Shown: positions 35,301-40,656 of the stretch, one piece after another
Position numbering within the stretch: position 1 is the first letter of the stretch
Layout: every line of letters begins with the position of its first letter
DNA from: Przondovirus NAN33P1
Reading direction: 5' to 3' (one strand)
Sequence record: OZ035777.1
DNA length: 40,656 nt
Program-made: the position numbers and the translations under genes
The notes under the pieces: model-generated
Database searches by the model: none
What the model saw: the letters and a program-made list of their open reading frames with translations, nothing else
What the model was told of the DNA's origin: nothing

Positions 35301-36276
35301 CATTCTGGACACTGCCCGTCAGGGTGTGCTCGGGGATGTGGCTGGTGCTGCCCTCGGCGGTAAGGGTTCCAAGTTCGGTAAGGAGAACTTCCTCAAAGCT
35401 GCCTCTATCAGTCCAGAGCAGTGGAAGGGCATCAAGCAACTCTTTGTTGACCATGCGACTCGTGATGCCAACGGACAGTTCACCATCAAGGACAAGAAGG
35501 CGTTCAGTCAAGACCCGAGAGCGATGGACCTGTGGCGTCTTGCCGATAAGGTTGCTGATGAGACCATGCTGAGGCCTCACAAGGTATCCCAGCAGGATTC
35601 CAAGGCGTATGGTGCTGGTGTCAAGATGGCTATGCAGTTCAAGAACTTCACCATCAAGTCACTCAACGCTAAGTTCATTCGGTCCTTCTACGAGGGCTAC
35701 AAGAACAACCGTGCCATCGACATGGCCCTGACCCACGTGTTGTCTATGGGTATCGCTGGGACTTACTTTGCGATGCAGGCCCATGTGAAGGCTTACGGAC
35801 TCCAAGAGGCTCAACGTAAGGACTACCTGAAGAAAGCTCTTAACCCGACTATGCTGGGCTACGCAGCGTTGACTCGAAGTTCCCACACTGGTGCCCCGCT
35901 GTCTATCGTTTCGATGATGGCTGGTGCCGCTGGATTCCAAGACGCCAACATGCTGCGCTCCACCATCTTACCTAAGGAGGAACAGTTCCAGAAGAAAGAT
36001 GGAGCGTCCAAAGGTCGAGCCGAGTCGAGCAACCTTGCGGGTAACTTAGGGTCTCAGGTCCCAGCGCTGGGTTACGTAGGGAACGTCATTGCGACCGCTA
36101 AGAACGCTTATGGTGTTGCTACAGCGCCTAACAAGCCGACTGAGCGTGACTACATGACTGGCCTGATGAACTCCACCAAGGAGCTTGTACCTAACGACCC
36201 GCTCACCCAGCAGCTCATAATGAAAATCTATGAGGCAAACGGTGTGACCATCAAGCAACAGCCTAAACCTAACTAA
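32311..36276 (+). CDS. internal virion protein D with N-terminal lytic transglycosylase domain (T7 gene 16 homolog)
   Basis: 1321 aa (T7 gp16 is 1318 aa); N-terminal SLT-like domain (...SDYDG.FQKAADA.GVSYDLLRK...ES.F.P.A.SKTGP.G.MQFTKATA...LAYNQGEG) and extensive collinearity to the C-terminus (...MTGLMNSTKELVPNDPLTQQL..KIYEANGV). Confidence 0.96.
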   Translation: MSYDKSKPSDYDGMFQKAADAHGVSYDLLRKLSFNESSFNPKAVSKTGPKGIMQFTKATARSMGLNVTDGDDDGRYNPELAIDAGAKLLASLVKKYDGDELKAALAYNQGEGPAGAPQLQAYDKGDFRSISEEGRNYMRKLLDVAKSPNSGALEAFGGITPKGKGIPAEDAFKGIAKTGKVGTALPESHGFDVEGVAQEAPNTPYAKDFWEKTGTTLDEYNARSTFFGFGDAAEAQLQNSTLGVAFRAARADDGYDVFKDTMTPTRWNSYVPSKEDLQKLRDSGLPPSYYGVVTGGDGENWDALIKLAKDNFAADQRAAEAGTGAKLAAGVVGAGVDPLSYVPLVGVTGKGIKVVNKALRVGAQAGALNVASEGIRTSIAGGEAHYADAALGGLLFGSGMSVLSDAVAAGIRKTRGVESVNEFAGPALRMEARETAINTGGHDTSTLPPENFSFEQNHGGVPFADHPTEEGAVVLANGSILSDTNPLNPRTQRDFAEIDPERAAPGIKLGGFTEIGLKTLGSKDAGVRAIAQDLVRSPTGMQSGSSGKFGATASDIHERLHATDQRMYNQLYDAVDRAMKDPEFSIGEQKMSRRAIRQEVYKRAALAIERPELQADLTKGEREVMDLLKEHFDTKRELMEQPGIFGNANAVSIFPGSRHKGTYIPNVYDRGAKELMTQKLGGPEGLQQAIAQSWLTSYRVRPEVKARVDEYLMELNGYKSVDQVTPEVVQKHAMDKAYGISHTEDFTASSVIDDNITGLVGIENNSFLEARNMFDSDIPVTLPDGSTFSVNDLRDFDMARIIPAYDRRVNGDIAIMGGSGKTTKQLKDEIMALDKRAERKGQLKGEVEALKDTVKILTGRARRNNDTAFETAMRSLNDLAFFAKNFYMGPQNLTEIAGMLAKGNVKAMLHGIPTLRDLATRTSPVSGSELRELHGALFGKELDQLIRPGREDIVQRIREASDTSGAMASVIGTIKFGTQELSARSPWTKMLNGTANYILDTARQGVLGDVAGAALGGKGSKFGKENFLKAASISPEQWKGIKQLFVDHATRDANGQFTIKDKKAFSQDPRAMDLWRLADKVADETMLRPHKVSQQDSKAYGAGVKMAMQFKNFTIKSLNAKFIRSFYEGYKNNRAIDMALTHVLSMGIAGTYFAMQAHVKAYGLQEAQRKDYLKKALNPTMLGYAALTRSSHTGAPLSIVSMMAGAAGFQDANMLRSTILPKEEQFQKKDGASKGRAESSNLAGNLGSQVPALGYVGNVIATAKNAYGVATAPNKPTERDYMTGLMNSTKELVPNDPLTQQLIMKIYEANGVTIKQQPKPN

Positions 36277-36297
36277 TTAGGTAGCACTATAGGGAGA
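36275..36297 (+). promoter_or_regulatory. phage RNAP promoter (phi-17-like)
   Basis: AATTAGGTAGCACTATAGGGAGA, exact consensus; +1 G at 36292; overlaps the gene 16 stop. The transcript starts with an 8-bp hairpin GGGAGACC/GGTTTCCC (36292-36311). Confidence 0.8.
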
Positions 36298-36337
36298 CCG
36301 CTTGGTTTCCCTTCTCATTCACTTTAAGGAGGTCATA

Positions 36338-38869
36338 ATGGACCAAGACATTAAAACAGTCATTCAGTACCCAGTGGGAGAGACTGAGTACGACATCCCG
36401 TTCGACTACCTATCCCGTCGCTTCGTCAGAGTGTCTCTGGTCTCTGAGGATTCCCGAAGACTGCTGAGTAACATCACGGAGTACCGCTACGTCTCCAAGA
36501 CCAGAATCAAACTACTGGTTTCTACTGAAGGTTTCGACCGTGTTGAGATTCGTCGGTTTACCTCAGCCTCTGAGCGAATTGTTGACTTCAATGATGGCTC
36601 TGTGCTGCGAGCAACAGACCTTAACGTATCACAGCTACAGTCGGCGCATATTGCGGAAGAAGCCCGTGATGCAGCCCTGCTGGCCATGCCTCAGGACGAC
36701 GCAGGTAACCTCGATGCACGCAGTCGCCGTATCGTTAACTTAGCTCCCGGTATTGACGGCACTGACGCTATCAATAAGGACCAGTTAGATTCAACGCTGG
36801 GTGAGGCTGGTGGTATCCTTTCTGATATGAAAGAAGTACAGAAGGAAACCTATGACTATATCGAGAAGCTCGGTGATGACACTTCAATTGTCCGTGGGGT
36901 AACTTGGGTGTACAACCAAGGGTCTGCCGTTGGTGGCGAGACTACTGTACTCATCGATAAACCTACCCGCACGCTGGCCGTTCCTTATATTGAGATTAAT
37001 GGTAGCCGCCAAGAGGTTGGGTATCACTTCTCGTTTGATATTGCCACCCAGATGATTACCTTAACGGAACCACTGGTTACCGGGGACTTCCTGATGGCAA
37101 TGACCACAGAGTCTAGTGTACCTCTGGAAGACCTTCTGGCTAACCCGACTGGTGCCTCGGCTATCGGTACCTCCGATGGTCGAAACGTTCAGGCAAACAT
37201 CGACGAGCTTCGCTCAGAGTTAGACTTCCTGAAAGACACTACGGTGCTCGACGTTCGCCGTTTTGGTGCTGTGGGTGATGGCATTGCAGATGATTACCCG
37301 GCGTTTCAGAAAGCGTGTATCGCTGCGAGCCAACTTGGCGGGGCAATAGTCCACGTACCGACCCCAAAGGTAAAATGGAAGATTGGATTCCCGGTATACT
37401 TGTTCGACCGAACTTGGGTCCGGGGTACAGGCATCAACTGTATTGTAGAGTTCACTGACCCGCTGTATGCGCGCAAGTCCCGCTCTGGGTTCGTCATTGG
37501 GTCTGGTTACGAACAGAACCGCGACAAGGCCATCCAGTGTCTTAACGATGGCACTTGGGCCACTACTGGCTCGGTGGTAAATAGGGACTTCGTTGAATTG
37601 GGCCGAGGGCAGTACGTACGCGACAACCCTAGCAAGGTCCAGTCGAGACTGTGCCGAGTGTCCGGGATGTACCTGAAAGCTTCGTACCAGAACGGTGCTA
37701 CCCTGAAGGGCGGCTACGCTGTGTCTGGTGCCAACGCGGTAGACTCAGAGGTATTTGACATTTGGGGTGAAGGTTGGACTGAGATTATCAACTTCGGGTC
37801 TGACGTACCGCCAGCTACGCCAAGTTGTCACAACCTCCATGCGTACGACATAACGTGTGTTGCTCCTAACGACTACGAGACGTACTACAGCGCAGGGTTC
37901 ATTGCGAACTCTACAAGCTGCTCTATTGGCCGATTCAAGCAGCTCAGGGCAATAGCTGATGGTTCTCCTCACGGTTCTTGTGGTTCCATGAACTACACCG
38001 AGTATTGCTCCTTCTACGATATCGACGTACCGAGCTTAGGTCGTACAGCCTCGTCTGAGGGTATCCTTGTGAACAACTCCAAGGGCGCTGTGACTCGTAA
38101 CGTTCGTATTGGTAACGCTAAGACCGGGGTGGCCGAGTATTACACCACTGGTGCTGGTATCTTCTACGACAGAGACCAACCCAACGTGTTCGATAGTATC
38201 CATGCGAATAACTGTGACAACGCGGTAGCTCTCCGCTCCAAGTTCTCGGTTTGGAAGAACGTGACGCAGACCAACTGTACCTATCACGTCTACTTCGGGA
38301 CGACCAACGCACAAGCCTGTGTGGTCAAGTTCGTACCGGACACAATCGGTGGTGGTAATAACGTAGACATTCTGGACAGGCTCCGCGATAACGTTGTGAC
38401 TGGCTGGCGTGTGCGCTCGCTCCACATCCGCCCCATCGCCTACCTACTGAACGACAAGTCAGTGTTGCGTAGCTGGGATGCTGGTAAGAACATCAAGGCT
38501 GAGAACGGTGTGGGATTCCAGTGGTTATTCCCTGTACCATCTACCATGCGTGCAATCACTCAGGTCAGCCAATGGTTTACTTTCGAGGTGGGTGCAGCGA
38601 CGGCAGGGACAGAGGTCAAGGTTCAGGTTCGCCGTATGTCAGCGTACAACGGAGACGCCAACGAGCAGCCTGTAATCCTCTTTGAGAACAGCCGAAAGGC
38701 CTCTCTGGATACCGTACAGGCTACTAACATTGTGGCCAACTCCCCGGGTCTGGTCCTGACGTCCCCTACGGATGGACTGGCTAACGCTGTGGATGTCCTC
38801 GTGAGTGTTACGGCACCGACCGTTAACTTCAACATGAAAGAAGCTCGCATCACGTATCTGGGCGACTAA
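36338..38869 (+). CDS. tail fiber / tailspike protein with T7 gp17-like N-terminal anchor and C-terminal beta-helix (depolymerase-type) domain
   Basis: 843 aa from ATG 36338 (SD AAGGAGG 36326-36332). Residues 1-150 are collinear with the T7 gp17 N-terminal adaptor (...IKTV..Y.....E.D.IPF.YL.R.FV.V.L...D.R.L...T.YR.....RI.L......F...E.RR.TS...R.VDF.DGS.LRA.DLNV.Q.Q..H.AEEARD...). The rest is unrelated to T7 and carries a pectate-lyase-like motif [35 protein letters not shown]. Confidence 0.9.
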   Translation: MDQDIKTVIQYPVGETEYDIPFDYLSRRFVRVSLVSEDSRRLLSNITEYRYVSKTRIKLLVSTEGFDRVEIRRFTSASERIVDFNDGSVLRATDLNVSQLQSAHIAEEARDAALLAMPQDDAGNLDARSRRIVNLAPGIDGTDAINKDQLDSTLGEAGGILSDMKEVQKETYDYIEKLGDDTSIVRGVTWVYNQGSAVGGETTVLIDKPTRTLAVPYIEINGSRQEVGYHFSFDIATQMITLTEPLVTGDFLMAMTTESSVPLEDLLANPTGASAIGTSDGRNVQANIDELRSELDFLKDTTVLDVRRFGAVGDGIADDYPAFQKACIAASQLGGAIVHVPTPKVKWKIGFPVYLFDRTWVRGTGINCIVEFTDPLYARKSRSGFVIGSGYEQNRDKAIQCLNDGTWATTGSVVNRDFVELGRGQYVRDNPSKVQSRLCRVSGMYLKASYQNGATLKGGYAVSGANAVDSEVFDIWGEGWTEIINFGSDVPPATPSCHNLHAYDITCVAPNDYETYYSAGFIANSTSCSIGRFKQLRAIADGSPHGSCGSMNYTEYCSFYDIDVPSLGRTASSEGILVNNSKGAVTRNVRIGNAKTGVAEYYTTGAGIFYDRDQPNVFDSIHANNCDNAVALRSKFSVWKNVTQTNCTYHVYFGTTNAQACVVKFVPDTIGGGNNVDILDRLRDNVVTGWRVRSLHIRPIAYLLNDKSVLRSWDAGKNIKAENGVGFQWLFPVPSTMRAITQVSQWFTFEVGAATAGTEVKVQVRRMSAYNGDANEQPVILFENSRKASLDTVQATNIVANSPGLVLTSPTDGLANAVDVLVSVTAPTVNFNMKEARITYLGD

Positions 38870-38882
38870 CTAAGGAGACAGT

Positions 38883-40469
38883 ATGTTAAACAAATTGAAT
38901 CAACCTAAAGGCTCTACAATCGGTGTGCTCAAGGATGGGCGCACCGTCCAAGAGGCAATCGACGAGCTGGAGAAGATTAAGACCCGCAACGTTGACCCTG
39001 AGCGCTTCCGTGAGACACTGACGTCAAGTGACGATGAGGTATTCGAGAAGCTGTTCGCGTGGTTGGCTACTCAGTCAGACGTTGTGGGAACCTCAAGTTC
39101 TTCCTATATCACAGCCTTACCTCGCATGATTGAGCTTAGCGGTCGTACCTATACGTTGACTAAGCGTCACGTGCTGGACGGTAACTTTGGTATACAGAAC
39201 GGTACCATCCTGATGTCCGGTGAGGGTGAGATTATCATGGGCCTCGATGCTGGTACCAAGACTCGTCGTCACTTCCTTAAGTATGTACATTTCGAATACA
39301 TCGGGTCGGCTGACCGGGATACCTCACTGGTTACTATGGCCCGCTGTTTTAACTCAGTGGTGCTGTTCTGTAACTTCATCGCTGGTGGGGATACTGCCCG
39401 CAACCGGGCACCGCGTACCCGTTACGGCCTGTTCGCAGGGTCCACCAGATGCTGGGGCTTCCAGTTAATCGGTGGTGAGTATTACGGTGGCGACTGTGCG
39501 TTGCGTGTTGGACGCGCTAACGACCACACTGGGTTGACCATTCGTCCCGGTACCGTTCACCACTCACGTGTTATCAACATGCTGCTGTGTAACCCTGCTG
39601 GTGCAGAGGTGTCTGGTTGTAACATTGAGCACGCAGATAACGGTGCGATTGGCTTAGGGATTACATCAGGTACCAACACCTCCGGTAACGCAGCCCACGG
39701 TGTTCGCATCAACGGTGTGTACTTCTATAACAATGGTAATGGTTCCAGTGGGTCAAACGTTGCTCCAGCGAACATCCTCATAGGGAAGGACATTCCGGGG
39801 ACTGAGGGCTGGGACCGACCGGGTGAGCTGATTACGTCAAGTCGAAACACTGCGCACAGCATTACGGTGTCAGAGTGTTACATCGTTAGCCCAAACACCC
39901 AGAACGCTTGGCAGGTTAACGCCCTGTACGGTGTATCCTTCTTGGACAACAAAGTGGGCCTCAAAGGTGACGCTACGATTCACGGTGTGTACGACGGTAC
40001 ATGTGCTAACTGCTGGGCTGTAGGTAACCGAGACCAAGGCGGCAAGGTGTTCCAGTTCTCCTCTACGGCAACCAACACGATTCTGACTACCAGAAAGGGT
40101 AAGTGGACTCCGAAGATTATCGGTGAGGGCACAGCAGGTAACACGACGCTGAGTGCTTCTGGTGGTGCGTACTCTCTGGATAACGGAATGGTCACCGTGT
40201 CGTGCTTCGCAGTGGTTGACACTAAGGACCCAAACATGGCTGGCAACCTGAACATCAAACTACCGGTAGCCTGTGAGGACCAGCAGCGGGGCGGTACAGG
40301 CATATCGTTGACGAACGTCCCAGACGTGCCGAGCCCGAATGGTAGCATCATTGTGATAGGAGACACCGCTCGAATCATGCTGGGGTCTGCGCGATTACAG
40401 CCAGCGAACGTCACGACTGGTACCGCCATCCACTTCTCGGTGTCCTACCCAGCAGACGTTAAGGTATAA
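38883..40469 (+). CDS. second receptor-binding protein / tailspike (beta-helix, depolymerase-type) lacking a gp17 anchor domain
   Basis: 528 aa, ATG 38883 with SD TAAGGAGA (38871-38878), 13 nt after the first fiber gene. No gp17-like N-terminus; Gly/Asn/Thr-rich repetitive beta-helix-like segments (NGAIGLGITSGTNTSGNAAHGVRINGVYFYNNGNGSSGSN). Sits between gene 17 and holin gene 17.5, where T7 has no gene. Confidence 0.85.
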   Translation: MLNKLNQPKGSTIGVLKDGRTVQEAIDELEKIKTRNVDPERFRETLTSSDDEVFEKLFAWLATQSDVVGTSSSSYITALPRMIELSGRTYTLTKRHVLDGNFGIQNGTILMSGEGEIIMGLDAGTKTRRHFLKYVHFEYIGSADRDTSLVTMARCFNSVVLFCNFIAGGDTARNRAPRTRYGLFAGSTRCWGFQLIGGEYYGGDCALRVGRANDHTGLTIRPGTVHHSRVINMLLCNPAGAEVSGCNIEHADNGAIGLGITSGTNTSGNAAHGVRINGVYFYNNGNGSSGSNVAPANILIGKDIPGTEGWDRPGELITSSRNTAHSITVSECYIVSPNTQNAWQVNALYGVSFLDNKVGLKGDATIHGVYDGTCANCWAVGNRDQGGKVFQFSSTATNTILTTRKGKWTPKIIGEGTAGNTTLSASGGAYSLDNGMVTVSCFAVVDTKDPNMAGNLNIKLPVACEDQQRGGTGISLTNVPDVPSPNGSIIVIGDTARIMLGSARLQPANVTTGTAIHFSVSYPADVKV

Positions 40470-40478
40470 GGAGGTAAC

Positions 40479-40656
40479 ATGCTGTCCCTAGACTTCAACA
40501 ACGAAGTTATCAAGGCGGCTCCCATTGCGGGGGTCGCTGGGGCTGACGGTGTAGCGAGGCTCTTTTGGGGCCTCTCACTCAACGAGTGGTTCTACGTCGC
40601 GGCAATCGCCTACACAGTGGTTCAGATTGGTGCCAAGGTAGTCGATAAAATCATTG
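40479..40656 (+). CDS. class II holin (T7 gene 17.5 homolog), 3-prime truncated by the window edge
   Basis: ATG 40479 with SD AAGGAGG (40469-40475). MLSLDFNNEVIKAAPIAGVAGADGVARLFWGLSLNEWFYVAAIAYTVVQIGAKVVDKI is near-identical to T7 gp17.5 (MLSLDFNNELIKAAPIVGTGVADVSARLFFGLSLNEWFYVAAIAYTVVQIGAKVVDK...). The ORF runs off the end of the window. Confidence 0.9.
   Translation, partial: MLSLDFNNEVIKAAPIAGVAGADGVARLFWGLSLNEWFYVAAIAYTVVQIGAKVVDKII

Overview
This window is a near-complete genome of a T7-like podovirus (Autographiviridae, T7/T3/K11 lineage), with every gene on the + strand. It is a circular permutation: it starts at gene 18 (terminase small subunit), runs through lysis and terminase genes, crosses the genome-end / terminal-repeat region (about 3162-3342), then continues through the early region (SAM lyase, small early ORFs, gp0.7 kinase, a 906-aa single-subunit RNA polymerase), the DNA metabolism genes, the structural genes, and ends inside holin gene 17.5. 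Protein identifications are by eye against T7 proteins recalled from memory; no database search was run. Thirteen copies of a phage-RNAP promoter (consensus AATTAGGTAGCACTATAGGGAGA) and five hairpins matching the T7 R1.1 RNase III site punctuate the map. The most notable observations are: a predicted -1 frameshift at GGTTTTC giving a capsid 10B with a 96-aa Ig-like extension; a 187-aa membrane/coiled-coil gene with its own promoter inserted between gene 1 and gene 1.1; two tandem beta-helix tailspike (depolymerase-type) proteins suggesting a capsulated host such as Klebsiella; a promoter consensus that appears distinct from T7/T3/K11/SP6; and a tRNA T-arm-like leader with a C10 tract before gene 9. 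No rRNA, tRNA gene, CRISPR array or integrase was seen.
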